Positions 8,791 through 19,097 are shown, counted from the stretch's first letter. The stretch is 64,000 nt of DNA from an uncultured Chloroflexia bacterium (GCA_963813535.1 CAWEZH010000003.1:64001-128000); one strand, 5' to 3'. Numbers and translations are program-made. The notes: generated by a model not told the origin, from the sequence alone.

Positions 8791-9974
8791 ACGCCGCCGA
8801 ACTCCTGCGCGAGGTCGGCCTGCTCGCCGATGGTCCGGTGGTGTGGGGCCGACCCGTGTCAGCGGGCGGAGCTGGCGTGTTCGTCGTCGAGCTGACCACA
8901 CCCCTGCCACGAGCGCCGATCGAGCTCACACGGGTGGGCAAGTGGATCGAACGCGTGCCCGATCTGACGCTGGACGGCGAACGTCCGACGGCGAAGGGGC
9001 TGGCCGCGCGGCTCGGGGCCTTCTGGCTGCCGTCGCAGTCGGTCGTGTTCATCGGTGCGGCGACCACGACGATCGGCGGGCGCGTCGCGGCGATCCAGAA
9101 GACCGTCCTCGGTGACCGACGGCCGCAGTCCACGGGACATTGGCTGCACACATTCAAGCCGTCCACGCCGATGCGCGTCTGGTGGGCCCGCACCGATGCC
9201 GTCGAGGAATACGAGGACGCGCTCCTGGCGGCCTTCGCCGCGGGCGTGCCCCAGGAGGAGGCCACGACCTTGCCGGGTGCGGGCGTCGTCCTGCCGTTCG
9301 CCAACCTGCGGCGACCGACCGGCGAGCGGCGTACGACCGGGCTCGCCGGATCTCTGCTGGTCGAGGAGCGTGAACCCACGCCCCCGCCGTCGCGAGTCGT
9401 GCTCGTACGGGACGGCGACGCCGAGGGCGCGCGAGGCGAGCCGCCGGTGCGGAAGCCTCGAGCCGCCCGGACAGCGACTGCGACTACTGCGTCGCGCGGA
9501 ACGACGCGAGCGGGCGCGACGACGGTATCGCTCACCGCGGAGGGCGCCACGCGACTGCAGGCCGAGCTCGTCGAGCTGACGACCGTGCGTCGACCCGAGG
9601 TCATCGCGCGGATCCGTACGGCCAAGGAGCTGGGCGACCTGAAGGAGAACGCCGACTACACCGCGGCGCGCGAGGAGCAGTCGTTCCTCGAAGGTCGGAT
9701 CCAGGCGATCGAGCGGCAGTTGCGGGATGCCGTGATCACCGAGGCCCCGAAGGCCGGCGCCGGCGCCGACATCGGGTCACGCGTCACTGTCGAGATCGAC
9801 GGCGATGAATCGGTCTACACCCTGGTCGGCACGGCCGAGTCGAAGCCGTCGGAGGGCAGGCTGTCGGTGGTGTCGCCGGTCGGGCGCGCGCTGGTCGGGT
9901 CGCGACCGGGCGACGAGGTCGACGTCGAGACGCCGCGGGGCCGAGTCGCGTACCGGGTGGTATCGGTCGAGTAG
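8787..9974 (+). CDS. greA: GreA/GreB transcription elongation factor with N-terminal GIY-YIG-like domain
   Basis: C-terminal GDLKENADY..AREEQSFLEGRI and SVVSPVGRALVG; N-terminal GVFVV / VFIGAA / R / EEYED / LPFANL pattern. Confidence 0.85.
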   Translation: MNAAELLREVGLLADGPVVWGRPVSAGGAGVFVVELTTPLPRAPIELTRVGKWIERVPDLTLDGERPTAKGLAARLGAFWLPSQSVVFIGAATTTIGGRVAAIQKTVLGDRRPQSTGHWLHTFKPSTPMRVWWARTDAVEEYEDALLAAFAAGVPQEEATTLPGAGVVLPFANLRRPTGERRTTGLAGSLLVEEREPTPPPSRVVLVRDGDAEGARGEPPVRKPRAARTATATTASRGTTRAGATTVSLTAEGATRLQAELVELTTVRRPEVIARIRTAKELGDLKENADYTAAREEQSFLEGRIQAIERQLRDAVITEAPKAGAGADIGSRVTVEIDGDESVYTLVGTAESKPSEGRLSVVSPVGRALVGSRPGDEVDVETPRGRVAYRVVSVE

Positions 9975-10028
9975 CGGTTCCCCGGCCTGGGTTCGGGCCG
10001 ACGGAGCGCCGCTGGCGCCCCAGCGGGA

Positions 10029-10694
10029 CTAGGCCTTCGGGCCGTCGACCAGCTTGTGCTCGACCGCGTACAGCGCCGCCTGGGTGCGCGACGCGAGGCC
10101 GAGCTTGCCCAGGATGTTCGACACGTAGGTGCGGGCGGTCCGTTCCGTGATGAACAGCTCGGCGCCGATATCCTTGTTGCTCATCCCCTGCCCCAGCAAC
10201 CGAAGGACATCCTTCTCGCGCTCGGTCAAGGGCTCTGCGAGCTGCTCGTCGGGCGACTTCTTGGCGCGCATCCGCTGCGCCAGCAGCCGGGCGACCGCCG
10301 GGTCAAGGTGCACCTCGCCGGCGTATGCGGCACGGACGGCTGCCGCGACCTCCTCGGCCTCGGCGTCCTTGAGGACGTAGCCGGATGCTCCAGCCTCGAG
10401 GGCGGACGTGACCTTCTCCTCCTCGATGAACGAGGTCATCGTGACGATCTCGGTCTCGGGACGCTCGGCCTTGATCCGGCCGATTGCGGTCACCCCGTCC
10501 ATGTTCGGCATGAGCAGGTCCATCAGCACCACGTCCGGCTCGAGGCGGCGCGCCATCGCGACACCCTCGGAGCCGTCGGCCGCCTCGCCGACGACCTCGA
10601 TGTCGGGCTGATGGTCGAAGAACATCTTCAACCCCATGCGTACGACCGCGTGGTCGTCGACGATGAGGACGCGGATCGGGGCGGGATCGGTCAC
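10029..10694 (-). CDS. NarL/LuxR-family response regulator
   Basis: VLIVDDH, DVVLMDLLMP, LTEREKDVL..GMSNKDI..KLGLASRTQA; GTG start after AGGAG. Confidence 0.95.
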   Translation of the reverse strand: MTDPAPIRVLIVDDHAVVRMGLKMFFDHQPDIEVVGEAADGSEGVAMARRLEPDVVLMDLLMPNMDGVTAIGRIKAERPETEIVTMTSFIEEEKVTSALEAGASGYVLKDAEAEEVAAAVRAAYAGEVHLDPAVARLLAQRMRAKKSPDEQLAEPLTEREKDVLRLLGQGMSNKDIGAELFITERTARTYVSNILGKLGLASRTQAALYAVEHKLVDGPKA

Positions 10695-10794
10695 GTCGAC
10701 TCCTGGGGCCGTGTCGGCGTCGGTCGAGGGTGTGGTCGTGGGATGCGCGGGGCGCGTCGAGTCTAGCAAAGCAGGGTCCTCGGGCTGGGCCGGT

Positions 10795-11199
10795 TCAGAC
10801 GGGATCGGTAGAACGGCCGGCAGCCACGATCGCGGCGATCAGCTCGCTCTGCCGGAAGGTCTTGCGGACGAAACCGTCGGCGCCGCTCTCGAGCACGCCC
10901 GACTCGAGCGAATCGGACCAGCTCATCGCCAGGATGCGGACCGACGGCAGGTTGGCACGCAGGCGGGCGATGAAGGCGATCCCGCCATCGACCTCGGGCA
11001 AGCGTGGATCGACGACCACGACATCGGGCTCATGATCGGATGCGAGGTCGAGCGCGGGGCCGACCTGGCCGGCACTGGCCACGACCATGCACTGACCGCC
11101 GATGGCGAGGAGACCGGTGAGGCTTTCACGTACTCGGTCATCCGCATCGACGACCAGGACACGGAGCGGACCGTCGTCATGGGGACCGAGGTGAGACAT
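10795..11199 (-). CDS. stand-alone receiver-domain protein
   Basis: LRVLVVDAD, PDVVVVDPRLP, GADGFVRK; no output domain. Confidence 0.8.
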   Translation of the reverse strand: MSHLGPHDDGPLRVLVVDADDRVRESLTGLLAIGGQCMVVASAGQVGPALDLASDHEPDVVVVDPRLPEVDGGIAFIARLRANLPSVRILAMSWSDSLESGVLESGADGFVRKTFRQSELIAAIVAAGRSTDPV

Positions 11200-11279
11200 G
11201 GGCCCATGGTGGGCCCGCCGGGAGTCGCACCGAAAGGGACCTTCGCCGAAGGCGGGATCGGCGGAATGACAGGTCGGGG

Positions 11280-11291
11280 CTACGTCATCCG
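11280..11291. promoter_or_regulatory. 12-bp element CTACGTCATCCG, copy 1
   Basis: Identical to 16924-16935; each copy lies upstream of a minus-strand two-component gene. Confidence 0.4.
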
Positions 11292-14200
11292 TCGCGGATC
11301 GACGCGTCCTCCAGGGTGGTCGAGGGGCGTTGGATCCCGGCCGCCGCCGCCAGGTCGTCCAGCGTGTCCGGCCCCATCCGGACCTCGACGGTGGTGCCTT
11401 CGCCGGGCCGGCTTGCGCACGAGAACTCGGCCCCGATGCGATCGGCTCGGGCGCGCATCCCGGCCAGCCCGAGGTGGCCGTCAGGCACTCGCTCCGGATC
11501 GAAGCCCTTGCCGTCGTCCTCGACGCGTAGCCGGACGCCACCGCCGTCGCGCCGGACATCGACCCGGACCTGGTGCGCAGCAGCGTGCTTCACCACGTTG
11601 TGGAGCGCTTCCTGGGCGATCCGATAGAGGACTTCCTCGGCAGGCAGTGGCATTCGATCGGTCAGATCGCTCTCCACGACGATCGGCAGCCCGAGGCGAC
11701 CCTGGAGCGCGCTCGCGTGGGTCTTGAGCGCGCGGACGAGACCGTCCTGCTCGAGGTTGCCGGGGCGCAGCTCGAAGATCAGCGCGCGCATCTCGGCGAG
11801 CGCCTCCCGCTGGAGGTCGCGCAGCTGGACCAGCTGGTCGCGGGCGGCCGCCGGATCCTTCTCGAGCAGCATCTCCACGGAGCGGGACACGAGCGTCATC
11901 GAGAACAGCGCCTGCGTGACCGAGTCATGGAGCTCCCGGGCGAGGTGCGCGCGCTCCTCGCCGGCCGCCAGCTCCCCCGCCTGCCGGCGCAGCTCGTTCT
12001 CGAGCCGGACCTGATCGCTCACGTCCCGCGTGGCGCCCTGGATCCCGGCGAAACGACCGGCGTCGTCGGTCACGCCGATGGCCCGCACGTCGACGGGCAC
12101 GCGCCGGCCGTCGGGCCCGGTCAGGACCAGCGCGGCCTGCTGCTCGCGGTCGGGGTGCGCGACGAGCTCGCCCCAGCGATCGCCGGCGAGCGGCACGGTC
12201 GACTGATCGACCAGCACCGAGAAGTGCTGCCCGATCATGTCCGCCGACGTGTTGCCGGTGACCCGCTCGATGGCGTCCGACAGGAACGTGAACCGGCCTT
12301 CGGCGTCGGTCGCGAAGACGATGTCGGGCGAGTTCTGGATGAGGAACCGGTAACGCTCCTCGGACTGGCTCAGCTCATGCTCGAGGCGCAGCCGCTCCGA
12401 GATGTCGCGCGCGACGCCGTTGATCCCGACCACCACGCCGTCCTCGACCTTGGCCAGGACGTTGATCTCGAGTGCCCGGGGAGCGCCGTCACCGTCGAGG
12501 AAGTCCATCCGGACGGAGTGGACGGTCGTGGGGTCATCGAGGACGGCCTGGTAGCTGGCCGCGGCTGCGCCCTCCCAGCCTGGCGCCACTCGCTCGAAGA
12601 AGGCGCGGCCGAGCGTGTCCTCGAGGTCCCAGCCGAGCATCGTCGACGCCCGGTCGGACAGGAACGTGTAGCGGCCCTCGGCGTCCGTCGCGAAGACCAT
12701 GTCCGGGGACGACGAGGCGAGGTTCCGGTAGCGGTCCTCCGAGGCTCGCAGGTCACGCTCCAGCCGATCGCGCTCGCGCATGTCGCGGACCGAGCCGTTG
12801 GCGCCCGTGAAGTGCCCGGCGTCATCGAGGCTTGCGACCGCGATGAACTCGGCGGGCACGGACGACCCATCGCGGTGCTGGAGATTGATCCGGCCGCGGA
12901 CCTCCTGCGTGCCGGTCTCCATCGCCGTCGTCCAGTCGAAGTCGGCCACCTCCTGGGACGAGTCGTGGACGAGCGCCCCGAAATGCTTGCCAAGCAGCTC
13001 ATCGGGTCGGAAGCCCGTCAGCCGTTCGACCGCGGCGGACAGGAACGTGATGTTCGCGTCGGCGTCGATGGACCAGATGAGGTCGGGGGCGTTCTGGACG
13101 AGGTAGCGGTAGCGCTCTTCGGATCCGCGCAACTCGCGCTCCAGCCGAGCCCGTTCCGAGACGTCGCGGACCGTGCCCTGCGCGCCGACCCAGACGCCGT
13201 CCTCGAAGACCCCGGCGGTCGTCACCTCGGCCGAGAAGGTCGAGCCGTCTCGACGGACCAGCACGAGTTGGACCCGTTCGACGAGGTCCGGGTCCCGCCC
13301 GACTGCCGCGTACTTCTCGCGGGCGATGGGGATGGAGTCGGGGTGGGTCAGGAAGCCGAAGTGCTCACCGACGATCCGCTCCACGGGCCAGCCGAACAGT
13401 TGCTCGGCCGAGTCCGCCATGAATGTGAAGACACCCTCCGCGTCCGCGCGCCAGATGACGTCCGGTGTCGTCTGGACAAGACCACGGAAGCGCTTCTCCT
13501 CCTGGGTGAGACGCGTGAGGAGCCTCGAGTTCGTCAGGGCGATGGCCGCCTGGTCGGCGAGGCCCTGGAGGAGGTCCAGGTCGTCGGGCTCGAACGTCCG
13601 CGGCGTCGATGACGAGATCGCGAGCGTCCCGATGACCTCTCCACCGGGCGCGCGCAGCGGTGCCGCGGCCATCCCGACCAGGCCCATCCGTTTGGCGACG
13701 GCCTGATCGTCGAGCTCGTGCGGGATGCGCGGGTCGGCCTGGTAGTCCGATGTGAAGACCGGCGCGCCCTGGAGTGCCGCGAGCCCGTTGATGCCGCCAC
13801 CGAGCGGGAACCGCATGCCCATCAGCCACTCGTGCGTCGCGTCACCAGCGCCGCCGCTGACCACGACCGGGACCAGGTTCTCGCCGTCGGACGCCATCCG
13901 GGTGAGGTGGGCGCCGTCGCTCTCGAGCAGTCGGCGCGCCTCCTCGACGACCCGCTCGAGCACCTCGTCGGGGTCGGTCAGCGCTGCGATGCGCGCCGTG
14001 ATGTCACGCAGGGAGCGCTCGGTCTCGGCACGCCGTGCGAGCGCCCGCTTGGACCGCTCCAGCTCGTCGATGAGCTGGGCATTCGTGATCGCGATCGCGG
14101 CCTGCTCGGCGAGGCCGCCGAGAACGGCCGCGTCCAGCTCGTCGAACGCGCTCGGCTCGTGGCTCATGACCTCGATCGCGCCGAGCGGCCCGGCCTCGCC

Positions 14201-16864
14201 GATGATCGGAGCTGCGATCAGGGCGCGCACGTTGGCGAGGTCGGCCAGCGAATCGGTCAGCACGTCGTGCTCGAATTCGGCCGTGTTGTAGTCGGCCACG
14301 TTGATGACGCGCCCCTCGGCGACGGCCTTGCCGGCGACCCCCTGGCCGACCCGCAGGCTGTTGAGCTTGAGCGCCTCGCGCTGTGCCGTGGGGAGACCGG
14401 CGTCGTACGCCCAGATCAGCGTGTCCCGCTCCGGGTCGTACTGGTCGATGACGGCCCCGTCGGCCCGCAGGAGGCGGTGCGCTTCGTCGATGATCGCCTG
14501 GAGCACCTCGTCGGGTTCGCGGAGGGCGGTGATGCGGGCGGCGATCTGCCGCAGCGACCGTTCGGCCTCGGCTCGTCGCTCGACGTCCGCCTGTGAGCGG
14601 GCGAGGGCCTCCATCAGATTCGCGTTCACGATCGCGATGGACGCGTGGGTCGCGAGCGCCGAGAGCGTCTCCACGTCGGCCTCGGCGTACGTCCCGGGCT
14701 GGCGCGACACGACCGACAACACGCCCAACGGGCGGGCGTCCTCGCCGGTCAGCGGGACCGCGATCACGGCCCGGATGCCGGCCTTGCGGATGAACTTCTC
14801 GATGCCAGGTGTCGTCTCGAAGCGGCTATCAGCGAGGTAGTCGGCGGTCATGTATGGCCGCTGATCGGCGAACGCCAGGCCGGCGACGGCCTGACCGGGC
14901 TTGATCCCGCCGGTCCGACCCCAGTCCGGGACGTCGCGCATCGCGTCGCCGGCCGAGTAGGCCCACAGGAGCGAACTGGTCGCGTCGTCCCAGAGGTCGA
15001 TCCGCGAGCCGTCCGACTCGAGGAGACGGGCCGCCTCGACGACGATCCGGTCCAGCACCTCGGTCGGATCGAGGATCGACGACACGCGGACGGCGATCCC
15101 GCGTAGCGTCCGCTCCGCGTCGGCGCGGCGGGCGGTCTCCTCGCGCGAACGTTCGAGCTCGGCGATGAGGCGCACATTGGCGATGGCCACGGCCGCCTGG
15201 TCGGCCAAGCCGACGAGCACGGCTGCATCCTGCTCGTCGTAGCCGTTCGGACGATCGACGTAGACCGTGATGGCGCCGATCACCTCTCCGCGGCGCAGCA
15301 GCGGGGCCGCGATGACCGACTCGATGCCGGCCTCCACGACGAACTTGTCGCGCTCCGGGGTGTGCATGAAGCGGTCGTCGCGCAGGTAGTCACCGCTCCA
15401 CTCGACCTTGCCCGTCCGCAGCGTCATGCCCGATACGCCCGCATCCGGCTGGAGCTCGACCTCGGCCAGGAACTTGTCGTTGTAGTGCAGCCGCGTGTCG
15501 GTATGGCGGTACGAGTCGCCGGCGGCGTCGGCCGGGTCGATGAGGTCGATCATCGCCCCGCTGGAACGGAGGAGGCGCGTCGCGGCATCGACGACCGCCT
15601 GGAGGATCTCGTCCTTGTCGCGCATCGCCGTCACGATCGCGGCGATCTCGCGGAGCGTGCGCTCGGCCTCGGCGGTCCGAGCCAGCGCCGCGCGCGATTC
15701 GGCGAGCTCCGTGATCAGGCGCGCGTTCGTGATCGCGATCGCGGCCTGGCTGGCGAGGGCCCGGACGAGGGCGGCGTCATCCTCGTCGAAGGCGTCCGGC
15801 CTGACCGCATACACCTCGATGACCCCGAGCGGTTCGTGCTCGCCGGTGATCGGTGCCGCGATCATCGACCGGAACCCGGTCCGCTCGTAGAACGTGGAGT
15901 TCTCGGGTCCCGGGGGGAACAGGGAGGCGAGATCGTCCCCGGCGACGACGACCCGGTCCTCGGCCACGGCCACACCGGTCGCTCCTTCGCCGACCGAGAT
16001 CCACAGGTTCATGCGTTCCTCGGCGCTGAACTGCTTGCGGAGACCGTCGTCGTACGCCCACCGCAGATTGCCGGTCTCCGGGTCGAGCAGATCGAGGATC
16101 GCGCCCTCGCCGCCGACCAGGCGGCTCGCCAGCTCGACGACCTCCTGCAGGATCTCGGCCGGATCGCGCAGCGCCGTGATGCGGGCGGCGATCTCCCGCA
16201 GTGCCTGCTCGGCGTCGGCTCGCCGGGCGAGGCCCTCCCGAGAGCGGTCGAGCTCCTGACGCGATCGGTCGAGCTCCTCGATGAGCCGGGCGTTGGCCAT
16301 CGCGCTCGCGGCGTGCTCCGCGAGGGCACGCACCAGCGCGATCTGCGCCGCGTCGAAGGCGTCCTCCGCCTGGGAGAACGAGCCGAGGGCGCCGAACACT
16401 TCGTCACCGGCCACCAGCGGAGCCACGACCATCGACCTGATGCCGAGGTCATCCACGACTCGATCCGCGCTCCGCGAGTGCCGGAATGCCGAGTCATTGC
16501 GGTAGTCGGACGTGACCACGACGGCGCGCGAAGCGACCGCCCGCCCGAACATCCCGACCCCCGGTGCCAGCTCGAGGTCCCGGATCCACTCGCGCGTGCG
16601 CTCGCGCTTGATGCCCGCATCGTGGGCGAAGCGCAGGTTCCCGCTCTCGGCGTCGATCAGGTAGACCATCGCGCCGTCCGCATCCAGAAGGCGAGCGGTC
16701 TCCTCGACGGCCGCGGTCAGCAGACCGTGGACAGCACCCCCGCCGTCGGGATCGCGCGAGCTCCGGCCGGCACGGGATCGCGTCGCATCGGGTTCGGCGG
16801 CAGGTGCGGTCGACGCAGTCGACGCAGGCGTGCGCGGGCGACGGGGTCGGACAGGAGCGCTCAT
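11285..16864 (-). CDS. giant cytoplasmic histidine kinase: 6 GAF + 4 PAS + HisKA_3 + HATPase
   Basis: Six LA.QAAIAI.NA-type GAF ends; four EERYR.L...PD PAS starts; EERAHLARELHDSVTQ; QEALHNVVKHA; DDGKGF; no TM segment seen. Confidence 0.93.
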   Translation of the reverse strand: MSAPVRPRRPRTPASTASTAPAAEPDATRSRAGRSSRDPDGGGAVHGLLTAAVEETARLLDADGAMVYLIDAESGNLRFAHDAGIKRERTREWIRDLELAPGVGMFGRAVASRAVVVTSDYRNDSAFRHSRSADRVVDDLGIRSMVVAPLVAGDEVFGALGSFSQAEDAFDAAQIALVRALAEHAASAMANARLIEELDRSRQELDRSREGLARRADAEQALREIAARITALRDPAEILQEVVELASRLVGGEGAILDLLDPETGNLRWAYDDGLRKQFSAEERMNLWISVGEGATGVAVAEDRVVVAGDDLASLFPPGPENSTFYERTGFRSMIAAPITGEHEPLGVIEVYAVRPDAFDEDDAALVRALASQAAIAITNARLITELAESRAALARTAEAERTLREIAAIVTAMRDKDEILQAVVDAATRLLRSSGAMIDLIDPADAAGDSYRHTDTRLHYNDKFLAEVELQPDAGVSGMTLRTGKVEWSGDYLRDDRFMHTPERDKFVVEAGIESVIAAPLLRRGEVIGAITVYVDRPNGYDEQDAAVLVGLADQAAVAIANVRLIAELERSREETARRADAERTLRGIAVRVSSILDPTEVLDRIVVEAARLLESDGSRIDLWDDATSSLLWAYSAGDAMRDVPDWGRTGGIKPGQAVAGLAFADQRPYMTADYLADSRFETTPGIEKFIRKAGIRAVIAVPLTGEDARPLGVLSVVSRQPGTYAEADVETLSALATHASIAIVNANLMEALARSQADVERRAEAERSLRQIAARITALREPDEVLQAIIDEAHRLLRADGAVIDQYDPERDTLIWAYDAGLPTAQREALKLNSLRVGQGVAGKAVAEGRVINVADYNTAEFEHDVLTDSLADLANVRALIAAPIIGEAGPLGAIEVMSHEPSAFDELDAAVLGGLAEQAAIAITNAQLIDELERSKRALARRAETERSLRDITARIAALTDPDEVLERVVEEARRLLESDGAHLTRMASDGENLVPVVVSGGAGDATHEWLMGMRFPLGGGINGLAALQGAPVFTSDYQADPRIPHELDDQAVAKRMGLVGMAAAPLRAPGGEVIGTLAISSSTPRTFEPDDLDLLQGLADQAAIALTNSRLLTRLTQEEKRFRGLVQTTPDVIWRADAEGVFTFMADSAEQLFGWPVERIVGEHFGFLTHPDSIPIAREKYAAVGRDPDLVERVQLVLVRRDGSTFSAEVTTAGVFEDGVWVGAQGTVRDVSERARLERELRGSEERYRYLVQNAPDLIWSIDADANITFLSAAVERLTGFRPDELLGKHFGALVHDSSQEVADFDWTTAMETGTQEVRGRINLQHRDGSSVPAEFIAVASLDDAGHFTGANGSVRDMRERDRLERDLRASEDRYRNLASSSPDMVFATDAEGRYTFLSDRASTMLGWDLEDTLGRAFFERVAPGWEGAAAASYQAVLDDPTTVHSVRMDFLDGDGAPRALEINVLAKVEDGVVVGINGVARDISERLRLEHELSQSEERYRFLIQNSPDIVFATDAEGRFTFLSDAIERVTGNTSADMIGQHFSVLVDQSTVPLAGDRWGELVAHPDREQQAALVLTGPDGRRVPVDVRAIGVTDDAGRFAGIQGATRDVSDQVRLENELRRQAGELAAGEERAHLARELHDSVTQALFSMTLVSRSVEMLLEKDPAAARDQLVQLRDLQREALAEMRALIFELRPGNLEQDGLVRALKTHASALQGRLGLPIVVESDLTDRMPLPAEEVLYRIAQEALHNVVKHAAAHQVRVDVRRDGGGVRLRVEDDGKGFDPERVPDGHLGLAGMRARADRIGAEFSCASRPGEGTTVEVRMGPDTLDDLAAAAGIQRPSTTLEDASIRDG

Positions 16865-16923
16865 CGGCCGTTGAGGATACGCCGGGCATTCGTGCGGCGG
16901 GCATCGCCGTTCGGCGATGTCGA

Positions 16924-16935
16924 CTACGTCATCCG
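16924..16935. promoter_or_regulatory. 12-bp element CTACGTCATCCG, copy 2
   Basis: 60 bp upstream of the kinase start; identical to 11280-11291. Confidence 0.4.
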
Positions 16936-17120
16936 GCCGAGACGGCGACCGTCGTCCGGCCGCGGCGAGCCTGGTCGTCAGGCAGGGCCAAGTGGGGGCG
17001 AGCGTCCGGTCGGTTCGGTGTCGCTTGCCGGGCGTGCCGGGCAGGGTCCGCGTCCGACGATGCTCTCGTCACCGACCGGACTGATCCGGCACCCACCACA
17101 GACGAGGTCCCGACAACGAG

Positions 17121-17549
17121 ATGTTCGCCTCCCGAACGCCACTCCGCCTTTCCGACGTCGTCATCCGCGCCGCGATCGTCGGTCTTGTCCTTGCCACCGG
17201 GTACATCCACCTGACCCTCGGCGGGCTGCTCTTCACCCTGAACGCGCTCGGCTACTTCACCGCCGCGGTCGCGATGGTCGTGCCGCTCGCGCTGGCCGTC
17301 CGGTTCCGCTGGTTCGTCCGCGTCGGCCTGATCGGCTACGCGGCGACGGCGATCGTCGCCTGGGCGATCATGGGCCCCTACTTCCAGCTGGCCTACATCG
17401 CCAAGGGCATCGAGGTGGCGCTTATCGCACTGCTGGTCATCGACTTCGCCCGCATGGACGGCAATCCCGTCAACGTCGTGAAGCGCGAGCTGGCCGCTCT
17501 CAACGGTTTCGTGGCCAAGACCCGCGGCACCGCCGGCGCCGGGGCGTAG
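17121..17549 (+). CDS. small multi-TM membrane protein
   Basis: Four hydrophobic segments; ATGYIHL, LNALGY, AYIAKGIE; GAGG RBS. Confidence 0.75.
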   Translation: MFASRTPLRLSDVVIRAAIVGLVLATGYIHLTLGGLLFTLNALGYFTAAVAMVVPLALAVRFRWFVRVGLIGYAATAIVAWAIMGPYFQLAYIAKGIEVALIALLVIDFARMDGNPVNVVKRELAALNGFVAKTRGTAGAGA

Positions 17550-17643
17550 CGATCCGCGCTAGGGTTAGCGCATCACATCGATCCAACGGACGAGCCGCGT
17601 CACGGTGACGCGGCTCGTTCCACGCCGTGAAGGAGACCCATCC

Positions 17644-18045
17644 ATGAAGCGAGTCGTCCAGGCTCTCGCCCTCGCCGGGCTGGCCGCCCTCACCGTCGCC
17701 TGCTCGGGCGGTGGCTCCTCCCCCGCCCCGGCCACAGCCGCCCCGGCCAGCCCGGGCGCCTCGGCACCGGCCGGCGGCGGCACCACGATCGTCGCCAAGG
17801 ACCTCGCGTTCCAGCCGACGACCCTGACGATCGCCGCCGATACCCCGACCGAGATCATCCTCGACAACCAGGAGCAGGTGCCGCACAACATCGCCATCAA
17901 GGACGGCGCGGGGGCCACCGTGTTCAAGGGCGAGATCGTCACCGGCACGAAGGTCACGAACGCCGTGCCGGCTCTGCCCGCGGGTGCCTATACCTTCTGG
18001 TGCGAGGTCCATCCGAACATGACCGGGACACTGACCGCCGAGTAG
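17644..18045 (+). CDS. cupredoxin (type-1 copper) lipoprotein
   Basis: Lipobox LTVAC; HNIAI and YTFWCEVHPNM copper ligands; AAGGAG RBS. Confidence 0.9.
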   Translation: MKRVVQALALAGLAALTVACSGGGSSPAPATAAPASPGASAPAGGGTTIVAKDLAFQPTTLTIAADTPTEIILDNQEQVPHNIAIKDGAGATVFKGEIVTGTKVTNAVPALPAGAYTFWCEVHPNMTGTLTAE

Positions 18046-18071
18046 CCCGCGCACGCATCCAGTACCGACGC

Positions 18072-18101
18072 CGACCCCGGGACCACCACGGATCCGGGGT
18101 C
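18072..18101 (+). terminator. hairpin after the cupredoxin gene
   Basis: CGACCCCGG...CCGGGGTCG stem followed by a pyrimidine-rich tail. Confidence 0.5.
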
Positions 18102-18167
18102 GCTGCGTTCTCCCTCCCTCGGAGGGTCGGGTACCGTTGCGCTGCAGTCGACCGCACGGGAGTGCCC

Positions 18168-19097
18168 ATGCTCGAGATCGATGACCTGGCGAAGCGCTAC
18201 GGCAATGTCGTCGCGCTCGATGGCGCCAGCTTCACCGCCCGTCCGGGCCGGATCGTCGGCTTCCTCGGTCCGAACGGGGCCGGCAAGACCACGACGATGC
18301 GCTGCGTCTTCGGGCTTGTCAGGGCGGATCGCGGCACGGTGCGGTGGAAGGGCCAGCCGGTCGATCGCGATGCCCGCCTGCGGTTCGGCTACATGCCCGA
18401 GCAGCGCGGCCTCTATCCGCGGATGCGAGTCGGCGAGCAGGTCTCGTACTTCGCCCAGCAGCACGGTCTGACGCCGCGGGACGCGGACGCGGCGGGCCGT
18501 CGGTGGCTCGAGCGGATGGGGCTCGGCGACCGCGCCAAGTCGAAGCTCGAGGAGCTGTCGCACGGCAACCAGCAGCGCGTCCAGTTGACCGTCGCGCTGG
18601 CGCATGATCCGGAGCTGCTCGTCCTCGACGAACCGTTCTCGGGTCTCGACCCGATCGGCATCGCGACCATGACCGACGTCCTCCATGATCGCGCTGCGAA
18701 CGGCGTCGGGGTCGTCTTCTCGAGTCACCAGCTCGACCTCGTCGAGGACGTGTGCGAGGACGTGGTGATCATCGCCCGTGGGCGCGTCGTCGCGGCGGGT
18801 GCGATCGACGAGCTCAAGACCCGGTCGGGTCGACGGCATCTCGAGATCGAGGTCGTCGGCTCGGACGGCTCGTGGCTCGATGGCGATGGCTCCCTGACCG
18901 TCCTCGAGCAGGACGGCGACCGTGTGAAGCTGCTCGTGAGGGACGACGTCGATCTCGACGCGCTCCTGGCGCGGGCGCGCGACGCCGGTGAGGTCCGCAC
19001 GTTCGCCTACCAGGCCCCGAAGCTGTCGGAGCTGTTCATGGAAGCCGTGACACCGACGCCCGCTCCGACCACGTCCCTGGCGGAGCCCGTCGCATGA
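18168..19097 (+). CDS. ABC-2 type transporter ATP-binding protein
   Basis: GPNGAGKTT, LSHGNQQR, LVLDEPFSGLD, SSH. Confidence 0.93.
   Translation: MLEIDDLAKRYGNVVALDGASFTARPGRIVGFLGPNGAGKTTTMRCVFGLVRADRGTVRWKGQPVDRDARLRFGYMPEQRGLYPRMRVGEQVSYFAQQHGLTPRDADAAGRRWLERMGLGDRAKSKLEELSHGNQQRVQLTVALAHDPELLVLDEPFSGLDPIGIATMTDVLHDRAANGVGVVFSSHQLDLVEDVCEDVVIIARGRVVAAGAIDELKTRSGRRHLEIEVVGSDGSWLDGDGSLTVLEQDGDRVKLLVRDDVDLDALLARARDAGEVRTFAYQAPKLSELFMEAVTPTPAPTTSLAEPVA

Noticed and set aside
11280-16935. 12-bp direct repeats around the kinase read as a target-site duplication
   Set aside because: No transposase, integrase or terminal IRs; one copy overlaps the kinase stop and the regulators lie outside; a binding site is more plausible
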